The notes beneath the pieces were generated by a model. It worked only from the letters and a program-made list of their open reading frames with translations. It was not told the origin of the DNA and searched no databases. From Chiloscyllium plagiosum (taxonomy: Eukaryota), in assembly GCF_004010195.1 (NCBI RefSeq), contig NW_025214179.1, positions 1-40,040 on the forward strand: a stretch of DNA of 40,040 nucleotides. Reading direction: 5' to 3'. The first letter of the stretch is position 1, and each line of letters begins with the position of its first letter. Both the position numbers and the translations under genes were made by a program. Shown one piece after another: positions 1-12,056 of the stretch.

Positions 1-1829
1 TCTCGGTGAAAGTTTGTCTTTCCACCAGTGTCAGCAAAATTACATTATTTAGCCATTCATCTTCATCTTTGAATTTAATTATCAAATTCTTTTGTAGAAC
101 AATGTGCACCATTGTAATTAATAAAATTTGAAGTGCTTTCAGATACTTGGCAGGGGCGTGATTAGATGCTGCATAAATGAAAGGCTTTCTTGCATGTGAC
201 TTCTTATTCGTTTGTGGGTACAGCATTTATTGTCTCTCCCTAATTGACTTTGATATGGTGGGATTGAACTCTTGAGTCCTTGTAGTGTATGTATACCCGT
301 GATGCTTTTGCGGAATTTAGAAATGTGTGGTGTTAAGATATTTGTAGTATCCCTGTATCACCCTTGAAAGGATGAATGAGTTCTTTGGTATTAAAGCTTA
401 CTTATGAACTGTTGTTATGGAACTCTAGATCTTCCATTATCAGAAATAACAATGCTGTGATACAACAGTCGCTGTTGGGTCAATTCTGTGTCCATAGATA
501 TTTCTGACTTTGTTGCAACAGTTTATAGCATCTTTTCTGTTAATGCACACCGTCTTGGCTTCATTTGGCAAGCCTGCTGAACATGATGAAATGTGTTGCT
601 ATGTTAATTTATAATTAGTTTTCGAATGGATCAATGATTGAACTTCATTGACTGTTGCTTTGGAATGACTCTGTCAACAGTAAGCAAATTATGCTTCCAA
701 AAAAGGTGCTAATTTTCTTGACTGGGTTGATGTAGTTACTAGAGAGCTCAACATTAAATGATGTATTATGTTCTGTTCTTTTGACGATATGTCAAATTAC
801 AGAACATGCAAACCAAACACACAGACTAGTTTGGTAATGTAACTTTAATAGGGAGTTTGTGAAAGACGTAGGAACATAAGTAGATATTACTTTACTTCTC
901 TTTCCCCACAACAGTTAGGCAAAACTGTCAACAAAACAAGTAACTCTTATGAAGTTTAAATTCCCTCATGGTCACTTAGCAACCCTAGAACAGTAACTAA
1001 TACTGTTTTCTTCAGTATACTTTCTGCTGCAAAATAAAGCCACATCCAACTTCATCCAAACTTTGCCCTTTTGGACAACATAATTAACACTGGAATAGTG
1101 GTACACTGCGTCGGTCCTCACCTACTCAGAAATGGTAATTGAAAGCAGGGCTGACAATCTTCTGTCTTTACAAGGTAACCTTGGTCATGAAATATTCTTT
1201 GGCTCGGGGAACAGATGGCAGACCAAGTCACTTGTCAGTACATTCTGACTTATGGTGCTACATTTATGTTACTAGAACTGCTACATGAAGCAGTTTTGTA
1301 ATGGTCATAGCTGCTGTGCTGCAGAAACCACCCAGTTACATTGCTCAGACTCAATTCATTGGCAACAACATCTGCACATTTGTTTAAAGTGTGCAAATGG
1401 GAATTTATTGCTTCTTTTACCTGTTGGGCAAAATTGGTGATTGTGGACACGATATGAACAAAGTAATTTTATATTATGCTTAAATGCATTGCTATTTTAG
1501 AACCTAATATTTCAAATTGTATTGGACTTGTGTTGTAGCTCACTGTGATCGTCCTAATACAAAATTGGTCACTCTCCCATTCACCCAAAACCCCTCGGTG
1601 CCCTGAGAATTCTGGAATGTGTGGATTTGGTGTTCGTTTATACACAATAGGGTGTCTGAGTTAAATATTATATTGTTTTGGTTACATTTTTTTCTACTTA
1701 TAAATTCCACATTGCATTTTACAGAAATTAGAATGTCTAAAACTGAATATCTGATTATTTCATGCACGTAATGCTTTATTTAAACAACTTTCTCAGTCTG
1801 CCCTGACACCTTAAGTGATTGTATAGCAT

Positions 1830-2480
1830 TGAGCTGATCAGACATACACCATAGAATTATGTAGGTAAGGTCATGTCTCACTAATGTAACAAATTTTTTT
1901 TGAAGAGCATAATAACTAGGTGGACAGATACGCCTATGGATGTTGTTCCTCTGAACTTTCAGAAGATAATTGATAAAATTCAATTTAAGATTATGAACAA
2001 AGAAAATGACCTATGGAATTAGAAATAGTGGGTATGGGTTGATGATTGTTTGTCTAATTGATGAAGTCAGATTAAAGTGAAGTACTCTGATTTACTGAAA
2101 AAATGGTGTTCCTAAGGATCTGGACTGGGCCTCCGCTTGTCATCATGACGATGAAGGAATAGAAAGTTCTACATCAAAGTTTGCAATGTCACTCTGGACC
2201 AGTCAGTTGTGGAGATGGGAACTGGAACTACAGTTATACACAGATTAGATGAGTGGACAGAAATTCCAGATGGAGTTCAGTGTAGTACAGTATGAAGTAA
2301 TGAACTGTAAATCTAAGAAAGGCAAATCAAAACATTTTCTTACTGGTGAGAGACTACAGTCTGTGGGAAATATGAGGGGATCCTGGTTGTCCAGGAACTT
2401 GAGTCACGAGAAGCTTGTGGTTCAGATACAAAAAGTAAACCAAGATCGACGAAGTAAGGATGCCAAGAGAAAGGATTCAA
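1830..2480 (+). mobile_element. Old, degenerate CR1-type LINE reverse transcriptase fragment
   Basis: Broken reading gives RSCLTN..FFEE, PMDVVPLNFQK..DK, YGI, GVP.GSGLG, SKFA and FQMEFSVVQYEVM, which are decayed CR1 RT motifs. Confidence 0.75.
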
Positions 2481-2647
2481 AGATGAATAAATAGAGGAAG
2501 TTGAGGAGCACTTCACCTATACTACAGATGTCTAGCCTGCTCCACCCTATAATCTTTGGCTTTATTACATAGCTGTTCATAGCGAGAACCTACTCCCATA
2601 AATAATACCCAGTTAAATTGCCCAAATTTTGTTCTGTTCTCTGTTGC

Positions 2648-2769
2648 TTTGCCCATATTGTCTAAGGTAGTGCTGTCTCGAATATCACTGATTGCCTCAG
2701 TAACTGTTTTGCCCATATTGTCTAAGGTAGTGCTGTCTCGAATATCACTGATTGCCTCACAGTAACTGT
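2648..2769. repeat. Tandem duplication, 2 x ~60 bp
   Basis: tttgcccatattgtctaaggtagtgctgtctcgaatatcactgattgcctca(ca)gtaactgt at 2648-2707 and 2708-2769, identical apart from a 2-bp indel. Confidence 0.95.
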
Positions 2770-2934
2770 TGTTCTGTTGATAGGGAGACCAAGTATTCTA
2801 ACTTTACATTTAATTATCATTTTAAGGGTTTATGCATTGAAGTGGTGGAAAACACACTGGGGAGGAGGAGATGAAGTATTAATTTGGGGGTGGAGGGGGT
2901 GGAGAGAAAGTATGCTTTCTATTTTTGTCTAACC

Positions 2935-3320
2935 TTTTTCACAACTACAGGTCATTCCAAGATGGTATATAGCCAAGAAGGTACTTTTTGAATATAGTCA
3001 TAGTTGTAAGAAACAGGGCAGCTAATTTACCCTCAGCAAGTTCCCAAAAAGAGCTATGTGGTAATGACCAGGTAATCAGTTTTGTGATGTTGCTTGAGGG
3101 ATGGATAAATACTGGCTAAGACTTTTCCTGTTCTTCTTAAAATCACACCATGGATTCATTTTTGCATTTACCAAAGTGGAGCATCTTGGTTAACATGTCC
3201 AAAAGTGCAACATTTCTTCGGTGCTACACTGGAGTGTTAGCTTTTATTTTTGTATTCAAGTCCTAGATTGGGTCTTGAACCTCCTACTTTCTGATTCAAA
3301 AGCCAACTGAGCTATACATG
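2935..3320 (-). mobile_element. Ancient DeuSINE (SacSINE1/AmnSINE1-like)
   Basis: Reverse complement resembles the Deu domain (ccagtatttatcc..ccctcaagcaacatcacaaaactgattacctggtcattacc..gggaacttgctgagggtaaattagctgcc), with a tRNA-like head near 3250-3315. Confidence 0.6.
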
Positions 3321-3470
3321 ATACAAATGGTAGAGTTAATGTGTAGAATTTTTGAGTGGGGCAGATAGGAATACAATTATGCATCGTTATATTTGTCACA
3401 TGGTGTTTTAAGAGTTCAGTGATGGCTGCAGAGATTAACAATGGCTACAATTGTTTATCCTCTATGGTAC

Positions 3471-4140
3471 AAGACCTTGGAGTGCAGGTTCATAGTGCCT
3501 TGAAAGTAGAGTCACTGGTAGATAGGATAATGAAGAAGGCTTTCCTTTATTGGTCAGAGCGTTGAGTATCGGAGTTGGGAGATCATGTTGCGGTTGTACA
3601 GGGCGTTGGTTATATGTGCAGTTCTGGTCTCCTTCCTATGGGAAGGATGTTGTGAAACTTGAAAGGGTTCAGAAAAGATTTACAAGGATGTTGCCAGGAT
3701 TGGAGGATTTGAGTTATAGGGTGAGGCTGAATAGGCTGGTGCTGTTTTCCCTGGAGCGTCGGAGGCTGCAGGGAGACATTATAGAGGTTTATAAAATCAT
3801 GAGGGGCATAGATAGGGTAAGTAGACTAGGTCTTTTCCCTGGGGTGGGGGAGTCCAGAACTAGAGGCCATAGGTTTAGGGAGAGAGAGGAAAGTTATAAA
3901 AGAGACCTAAGGGACAACCTTTTCACACACAGGTTGGTACATGTGTGGAATGAGCTGCTAGAAGTGGTGGAGGCTGCTACAATTGCAGCATTTGAAAGGC
4001 ATCTGGATAGATGTAGGAATAGGAAGGATTTAGAGGGATATGAGGCAAGTGTTGGCAAATGGGACTAAATTAGGTTAGGATATCTGGTTGGCATGGACGA
4101 GTTGAACTGTAGGGTCTGTTTCAGTGCTGTACATCTCTAA
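3471..4140 (+). mobile_element. 5'-truncated CR1/HER1-type LINE (RT C-terminus and 3' UTR)
   Basis: DLGVQVHSALKVESLVDRI then YVQFWSP..KDVVKLERVQKRFTRMLPGL..LFSLERRRLQGD..EVYKIM..SRTRGH..WNEL. Frameshifted; typical 3' tail. Confidence 0.93.
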
Positions 4141-4766
4141 GTTGTAAATCCTATGTGCTCGTGAGGTATTCTTGATACACATGCCCCTGAATTAAAATAA
4201 GATACTGCTCTGCAGAGAGAAATCTGGGAACAGATGGGATTTATTCCCTTTTTTAAAGCACTTGTTCTCTGCTTGTGTCCTACTTGATAGGGAGATAGTA
4301 ACAATCAGGAACCATGTGATGGAGAGGATTGTCAATGTCACAAAAAAACTGCATTCACATGTGAATTGTTAATCATTGCGTATCTATTTACTTCCCTGAG
4401 GAGTTATAGGAATGCTGATAAGCTAAGAGTGCAAATTCTTTAAGTTTGGCTTGAGGTTCTCCTATCTTGTTTTCATATTTTGAAAACATTTCAGTGTTTG
4501 ATAATGAATATTTCTCTAACAATGACTATGACGTTTAGTAAAAGAGAATTTCACTAACCAGTTAAGCATGTTGTTTTGTTGACTTTTTTTAACATATGCT
4601 CATAGTTGAAAGAAGTTTTCATTCTTGCTGTCAAATTGAAACATTTAAGATCATGGCCTTTTCCTCTTACCTTTTTACCACTCCAACAAAATTATGTTGG
4701 CTACTTTGTTCGCCTTGATGTAGATCATTAAACCAATGACTGCTCTCTACAACCAGGATGAGCAGC

Positions 4767-5222
4767 TGTGGTGAAACGGTTAAAAATTATGTCCCAATAC
4801 ATGTGTGAATCTAACCGGAATGGAGGTGTTGCTTAGTCCCGTGTGAATCTTATTACACACCTCCCCGTGTGAATCTTCTTATCTGTATGTAACCAGAATG
4901 GAATGTGTTTTTTAGCCTTGCTCTGCTGTTCACATGAATGTTTATATCTGGAAAAGAGTATATCAGCTGGAAAAGTCTCCAGTTCGGTGAGTCTGCTCCG
5001 GGGTTACGTTTAACCGCCGAGCGTGGGTTGTTGGCAACCGCTCTACGAGAACTGACGGCTCCCAGTTCCGGTAACATGTAGAGTGAGTATAAGCCAGACC
5101 CGTTGGTTGTGGCGACGCTGCGGGGAATAAAATGCCCATATTCTAGCAGACTCGCCTCTTGGTCGTTTGTTCTGTGTCAGACTACTCTCCTACGAACCTG
5201 ACCTTGAGAATTTTTTAAAACA
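4767..5222 (+). mobile_element. Solo LTR, 456 bp, 5-bp TSD GCAGC
   Basis: Starts TGTGG, ends AAAACA. GCAGC on both flanks (4762-4766, 5223-5227). U3-like repeats gtgtgaatct x3, TATA-like 4959-4963, AATAAA 5126-5131. CpG-rich against a CpG-poor background. Confidence 0.85.
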
Positions 5223-5234
5223 GCAGCAAAACTA

Positions 5235-5550
5235 GGGAAGACAATGGTGTAGTGGTAATGTCACTGCCTAGTAATTCAGAACCCCAAGTTAATGTTCTGA
5301 GAACATGAAATTGAATGCCACCATGGCAAATGGTAAAATGTGAATTCAATTTCTTTTTTTGAAAAAACGTCTGATATAAAAAGTTAGTCTTTTGGCCACC
5401 ATATAGCCATTGTCTTAAAAATACATCTGGTTCACTCAAGTCCTTCCTGGTCAAGCCGTCATGTTTCCAGATACATCGCATTACCCCTCTGGGCAATTAG
5501 GATTGGGCAGTAAAGCCTGGCATAGCTAGCAACTTCCATATCCCATGATC
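5235..5550 (+). mobile_element. Old tRNA-derived SINE with L2-like tail
   Basis: A-box-like tggtgtagtggtaatg, body ccaccatggcaaatggt..gaattcaat, tail gggcaattaggattgggc..atcccatga. A related copy lies on the - strand at ~23945-24215. Confidence 0.6.
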
Positions 5551-6899
5551 AAATTTTTTTTAAAGAAAAGGTTTAGTTCTGGAGCATGTAAACAAAAGTT
5601 ATGATTTTCTTGGGATTCTTGATTAAACTGAACTTGGACAAACTCTAAGGTGGTATCACTGGACTATTTATTTAGTCTTATTGCCAAGTTTTTCTCGAGT
5701 AACTGCTGGTATTCAGTGTGTCACTTTATGGCTTGACCTTCAGTGTGATGCACAAGTGAGCTGCTATTTGCTGCACTATTTTTGGTAACAGTAAAGTTTG
5801 CATATCTGATTGGCTACACAGAACCTGAGGCATTTGCTAAGCGACACCCAAAGGTTGAATGTTAATTTGCAAACTAAAATATTAATTGCCATGCACAGCG
5901 AAGGATCCATTTGCCAAGATATTGTTAAATAATGGGCAAAGTCTGTTTGATAAACTATAAATCTATCTTTTTAATGTTAATTTAATATTAAAATAATGTT
6001 AATTATAAACAATTCTACTTACATTAACACTTGAAACACCATGGCATAAAAGGCTATGGCCACGTGCTGGAAAATGGGATTAAAGTAGATATGCAGTTAA
6101 TGACGAGTGTGGACATGTGAGCCAAATGATGTCTTTGTGCTGTAAGATTCTGTGACTGTATAATTCTTGAGACTTGCTGTTTGTCACATCTATATCTTGT
6201 TATATTTACAAATACTTAAGTGATGCTGGTCAAGCAGCATAGTATTTTATCAATGCGTACTGTTATAGCCTGTATCATCTTGTAAAAACAGCACTTGCAT
6301 AATGTTTTTTCATTTTTTCATCAACCTGTTCAGATATGTTATACATACCTCTGGAACAAATTGGTCTTGAACCTGGCCCTCAACCATAACACAATATATT
6401 ACTTTTTTTGCTCATCAATGAGTTGTATTCTCCCCAGTGTAATTTTAATCCAGGCCTCTGGCTCAGAGGTAACGACACTAGCACCACAAGAACTATAACA
6501 TATTAATTTCTTTCTATATTAACCTGTTTTTCTAATCAAGCTGTTCAAGATGTTCAGAGATGGAGCAGATAGAACTTGAATCTGGACACCTCAGTCCAGA
6601 GGGAAGGACAGTACCACTGTGTCACAAGCGGGTCCAAATACAATATTATCGGTGGTACGGTGGTTTAAACCACCTGTCTTTGCTTGCCATGTTCTTCCTA
6701 TGAGAATAAATGCAAGTATTCCCAAAGATTAATTGGGAGTAAGACCATAGAGTATTCACTGATGTGCATTATTGCTGTGAGCAATATTTTAAGAAGTCAG
6801 CAAATTATTGTAGAACGCAAACCTAATTTCCAGCATTGCTGAATAAGCACGTGACTGCAGTTCCCAGTGGCGTTATTGGAAAAGTGTTTATTTTCTTTT

Positions 6900-7196
6900 G
6901 AATCCCTACAGAGTGGAAAAAGGTCTTTTGGCCCAACAAATTCACACTGATCCTCCGAAGAGTAATCCACCCAGACCCATTCCTACCCTATGTTATTCCT
7001 GACTAGTGCACCTGGCCTATACATCCCTGAACGCTGTGGCCAATTCACTTAACCTGCACATCTTTGGATTGTGGGAGGAAACCCACGCAGACATGGGGAG
7101 AATGCGCAAATTCCACACAGACAGTCACCCGAGGCTGGAATTGTACTTGGGTCCCTGACACTGTGTGGGGCAGCAATGATAACCACTATGCCACCC
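6900..7196 (-). mobile_element. HE1-type V-SINE, diverged copy
   Basis: Clearly homologous to the copies at 12524 and 17808 (aacctgcacatctttggattgtgggaggaaacc..ggggagaatgcgcaaattccacacagacagtcacccgagg). Confidence 0.85.
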
Positions 7197-7479
7197 TTGT
7201 GTATGGTGTGAAAGGTAGTGAAAACACTAGCCATTAGCTTTGTTATCAGTTCCGTTCAAAGCAAGCTTTTCTGTTCAGTTCAGAAAACACCAGAGTTGAA
7301 TTCAGAAGCAAGTGTTCGACCATAAGATTTGGAGCCATATTAGGCCATTTGCTCCACTGAGTGTTCTCTGCCGTTCAATCATGGCTGATGTGTTTCTCAA
7401 ATCCTCTCTCCTGCCTTCTGTAACAGAGACAGACATAGACGTCATATGGGAATCCACAAGGGCGATTGGAGGAATAGAA

Positions 7480-8300
7480 AATTTGCAAGTAGAAAAGGTA
7501 GCAGTTTTAGAGAACAAACAAGGGGACGCCAAAATATTAGTGGAGAAAAGCTCAAACCTAAAGATGATAGAAAAATAATAACATGCTTTCATTAAACAAG
7601 ACGGGCCATTCCAAAGCTAATTGCTGTAAGTTAAATGGCAAACTGATTGTAGTCGTATAACTGCTAAAAGAATGCTCAGAAAAATGTGCTTCAGAAAACA
7701 AGATGGTATTTAAACTGTGATTATAGTATAAAGAGAATAGTTTTCCTTAGAATCCACTAAGAAGGGTGAGATGACTTTGAAGGGTCAAGGAAATGCTTTC
7801 TTAGTAATTGCTACATAGAATCAGACCACTATAAATTCTGAATATTTGTATTGCAATGGAGAGATTTTTCCTTATTCTTCTGATCAAAGAGGAAAACCAA
7901 TAGAGATATTGAGACACACTGGAATAGGTCAGTCACTGATACTGGCTGATCATATTTTTTTGTCTTTCAGGCAGAATAATGCAAAAGAAAATGTGAACTG
8001 GAGATAAAAATGGAGGTTACAAATCAGTTCCTTGTAGCAAGTTGGATTAGAGAGTGTCTTAGTAAATGAAGAATTTCTAATTGGACTAGTGAAACAAATC
8101 CTGACAGAAGGAAATTATTTTATCTTGGGAAATGACTTAGCTGGTTCAAAAATATTAGAAAAGCCAGTGAAGGTAAAATTAACTGAGATGCCACAAGAGT
8201 TTTTGGATTGTTGACTGTCGTGACTTGTGCCCACAGAAGACAGGATGAGTCATCGTCTAAGGAAAATATTTGAAAATCCACTTATCCAAACCAAGTTTTG
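7480..8300 (+). mobile_element. Degenerate Gypsy (Gmr1-like) gag zinc knuckle/protease fragment
   Basis: Broken reading: TCFH..GHSKANC (CCHC remnant), KPIEILRHTGIGQSLIL (decayed LRDTG protease motif), FILGNDLAG. Many stops and frameshifts. Confidence 0.75.
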
Positions 8301-8689
8301 AAAATGGACCCATAAAATGGAGAACAAATACAAGCCAACCAGTTACCAGCCCATCAGACTTCTTAAAAAAAAAACTGGTGCGCTGTACTTTGTGATCAAC
8401 CTTTGTGAATTAAATGAGCTTTTGTAGTCTGTTTTGACATAAACGATGATCCAAGTGTGAAAAATACTTCAACCAAAAATCAGACTGGTCTCTGAATGGC
8501 TTGAAAATTTTTCCATTGCGTTTGTTGGAAGCTTAGTTAATTATAGATTTTAAGAAATAGAAATACAATATATACAAGACCTTTCATGTCTATCTAAGTT
8601 TATAAAAAATACAGGTCACAGAGTATGTTTAGTGAATACAAATGTCAGCCTAACTAATACTGAATTTTCTCATTACTAGCCCAAAGGTT

Positions 8690-9010
8690 AAGCCTTCAAG
8701 TCTGACTTCACATTTTGGGCATATAACTTGGGTGAATGCTTCAGGGCAGAACCAAAAGAATATGATGTCAGTATTTCAGATGACCATTGAAGATCAAAGA
8801 GGAACAGTATGCTCTGGCTAGCATTCCCCTCTCAATCTAAACTGATAAAAATCAGAATAACTCATCATTCACCCTGTTGCTGTTATTTGGAGTCTTGCTC
8901 TGTGCAAAATGGCTGCTGCAAATTTCACTTACTTTCAAAATAACTTGCTGTATGTGAAAAAGTTTTGAATATCTTGACATCTTAAGATATTACATAAATG
9001 CAAATCTCTT
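8690..9010 (+). mobile_element. Ancient DeuSINE remnant
   Basis: Deu-domain-like gttgctgttatttggagtcttgctctgtgcaaaatggctgc..ttcaaaataactt..ataaatgcaaatctctt. Confidence 0.55.
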
Positions 9011-10577
9011 GTTGCATTACTGTGATGTGATCTAGTTAGTACTTCACTGGTTGACAGCCTCCATTTCTAACATGTGGTGAGGCACAACTAACTGAGGTGC
9101 TACTGTGCAATAGACTGGAGTGCTGTCTTTACCTGGATGCATGGAGTTTGGGTCCAGTTCAGGATCACAACACACAAGTCTGTACTGGCCATACAGGTCA
9201 CTACTGAAACAAAGTTGAACCTTATCAATCCAAGCATGCAATTCAGTGCTAAATTAATCTCCTGTAAAAGGTCTGATGGAGGCTGGTGTGAAAAATAGAA
9301 ATGTCAAGCTGATCATGTGGCATGGAGTTCTGATCTAAGGTTATGGTTAAACATGGTGTAACAGAGTGAAAAGAGCTTTACTCTGCTTCTGACTGTAAGT
9401 TTGGTGTATGCTAGACCTCTCAATTTTTAAACCTTTTTCCTTCAATATACAGAGATATATTGCAATAGATGTATAGCTGGAATTACATTCCCAGAAGTGG
9501 TATCTGTTTTTAAAGTGATATGGTTTCACAATATAAATCATGCAGCTGAGTGGGGGTGGGGTTGGGGCAGGGGGAGGAGAGGAGAAGGGGTGGATTTGGA
9601 AAGGTATGTAAAACATTCTTGAATACTAGCAATGCCCACCCTGTGAGGTAGAGATACTTAAAGCAAGCAATGGTCCAAAACAACAGCTCATCTGGGGAGT
9701 AACATTGACTAAGTCTATGGAAATATTTATCAAATCCACCCTTTCGGTGACAGAGCTAAGTTTGGTTTGGCAAAGGACCATGGTATTCTTTCTAATTTTA
9801 ATTTTTAATTAATTCTATGCTGTTTTTTCAACATAAACAGGGCTTGTGAGGCCATTTTAATTTTTCCAATTGATTTGTACTTATGCTGAACAAGTGTTCA
9901 GGTGGACATTACCCACATAATAAATTGTTGATACCATTGATGTTTCTATCGGTTGAATTATCATCCATTTTTTAAAGATGTTCACAAGCCAATCATTCTA
10001 TACATGCAGAACATTCTCTTGCATTCATTTTTACAGTTTGACTTATTTTGTTTTGAAGAACAGTGTTTCTTCTCATTATTAAACATTCTGCATTGAATCT
10101 TAAAATAGCAGATGTGAAATATTTTTCAGTTGTATGAAGGTGAACTTGTTCACTGTTATCCTGAATTATACTTAAAAATGAATTGGGAATTTTGGGAGAA
10201 GGAATAATTGAACAGGGTCAAGAAGTTTACTTCCTCTGGTGATTAGGTAGGAAAATGGGGGGGACAAAAACCTTAAGTTGTAGGAAATCCCAGAATAAAG
10301 TTTAACTTAGGTTTTACTAATTTTTCTTGTGGGGTCGAGCCTGTTATTTGGTAACTCTAAACCACCCCCACCCAGAAAATAACTCACTCAGTTGCTCACC
10401 ATTTAAATCATGAAGAGCTGAATGGTGACTGAGGTCGAGTATCTCACTCTATCACAGGCCTCAATATTGGCCACCTTGGTTGGCAGAAACTGTCAGCCAA
10501 CTGGAGACCAGCGATGTCCAGGATCTAAATTCTGCCATTTGAAACATACCCCTCAGGCAATCAAGCAACAAGCTTGA

Positions 10578-10627
10578 TTTTTTCTTTCCCTCCTTAGGTA
10601 AGTTTTTCTTTCCCTCCTTAGGTAGGG
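10578..10627 (+). repeat. 24-bp tandem duplication; each unit is a polypyrimidine tract + AG|GT (candidate recursive splice site)
   Basis: tttttctttccctccttag-gtaag-tttttctttccctccttag-gtaggg. The repeat is certain; any splicing role is unproven. Confidence 0.85.
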
Positions 10628-10777
10628 CAGGGTTGAAGGTGAGAACTGGAGTGGCTTTCCGAGGCCACCTCCTTTATTGCCATCTGTGCCTCCTATTTCC
10701 CCCAGATTGGAGCAACTGGTGGCCATCTTGCAACTTGGCAAGCAGTTAGTTCTGATTTCAGTTAGAAAGCTAGTCTC

Positions 10778-10875
10778 AAAACAGAAAATGCTGGAGATAT
10801 CCAGCAGGTCTAGTGGTATCTGTGGAGAGAGAAACAGAGTTCATGATTCTAGTTTAATATGATTTCTTCAGCACG
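10778..10875 (-). mobile_element. Penelope-like element terminal fragment, old
   Basis: aaaacagaaaatgctggagatatccagcaggtct..tctgtggagagagaaacagagtt, homologous to other PLE ends in the window. Decayed CTGAAGA core on the - strand. Confidence 0.6.
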
Positions 10876-12056
10876 GAAAAGGGTTGGAAATGCTGTTAAC
10901 GTAGGAGGAGGAGCGAATGGAACAGATTGTGCATCCTCACCGATTTTAAAAAAATAGAGTGCTAATAATAGTAAAGGAATGATTGAGATTGTAAAATAGG
11001 CGTAAATGATAGGTGTAAAGAAATAATATGTCAGCTATCTTGTGAGCAAAACTAATGACCCATAAATAAGTGCTGGGAAGGGGTTGTAATTAAAATAAAG
11101 AATAGAAGCCATGTTCTGAAGTTGTTGAAACCATAGTTGAACCCTTGAGGTCCTTAAGTGATAATTAATGGTCGCTTAATTGTCAGTGAATCGACAAAGC
11201 CTCCATCAACATGTCCTTTCAGCAATTAATTGGAGAGATGGTGAGATGGGATGAGGTAATCTCCAACTCACCAATTATCTCCTCTTCTCATCACCCCTAA
11301 AGATGGGAGGATATCACACAGTGAGTGTTGACTATGATGGCTGTCTTAGAGCAAGCGAAGATGGAGTTGAGTGTCAGTGAGCCTTAAGTATGTTTGCATA
11401 GAATGAACCTACACCTGTTCCAGGATGCTGTTTATCGTCTTGCTTTATATGACGAGTGACACATTTTTAGCCCAATCTGCATACACGTACTTACTGCTTG
11501 CCTTCTGGAAGATCTGTTTTGCAGTTAGCATCCCCACTAAATTTACAAGCCAGTAACAATCTTTCAGTTTTGCATGAAGATATGAATTGTGCTAAGTGAC
11601 TGGAGGAGCCATTGAGACTTAATCAAGCAGAACTTGCTCTTGATTCTTTTGGTCAACCACTTTTTACTTTAGCAGAATGTTACTGTTGTCAGTAAGGTCT
11701 CTACTGAAGTTACAACACTAGTTTGGGACAATGAGGAAGTTCCTAGTGCTCCTCTTATAAATGTATATTCTGTTCCAATTCGGGTAAGTTTAAGATTTAA
11801 GTTTTAATTTTACTTCTTACGACATCAATCTGGATAAAGGGAACAAATGCTCGAAGGGAACTGGAAAAGATATTTATTAACATGCCTTTCACTTGAGGAG
11901 ATAGCACCAATACTAATTGCCAGTTTTCAGTTGTTTGCAATTTGACTACCTCCATGTCAAAGAAATGACCAGGTCCTTTAAACTGTTGGTCCTGTAGTGG
12001 TTTTGATCTGAAAATCATGCAAGTGCCAAAAAGTTGCCAAGCTTTGATTATAACTA

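Noticed and set aside
1000..1770. Short - strand ORFs (1250..1450, 1540..1767) as a possible viral or host gene remnant
   Set aside because: No recognisable motif, no continuous frame and no convincing splice structure.
3550..4068. Longest ORF (172 aa) as a host gene
   Set aside because: It is the CR1 RT C-terminus entered through a frameshift.
9551..9600. G-rich tract able to form a G-quadruplex
   Set aside because: Low-complexity tracts like this are common; nothing indicates function.
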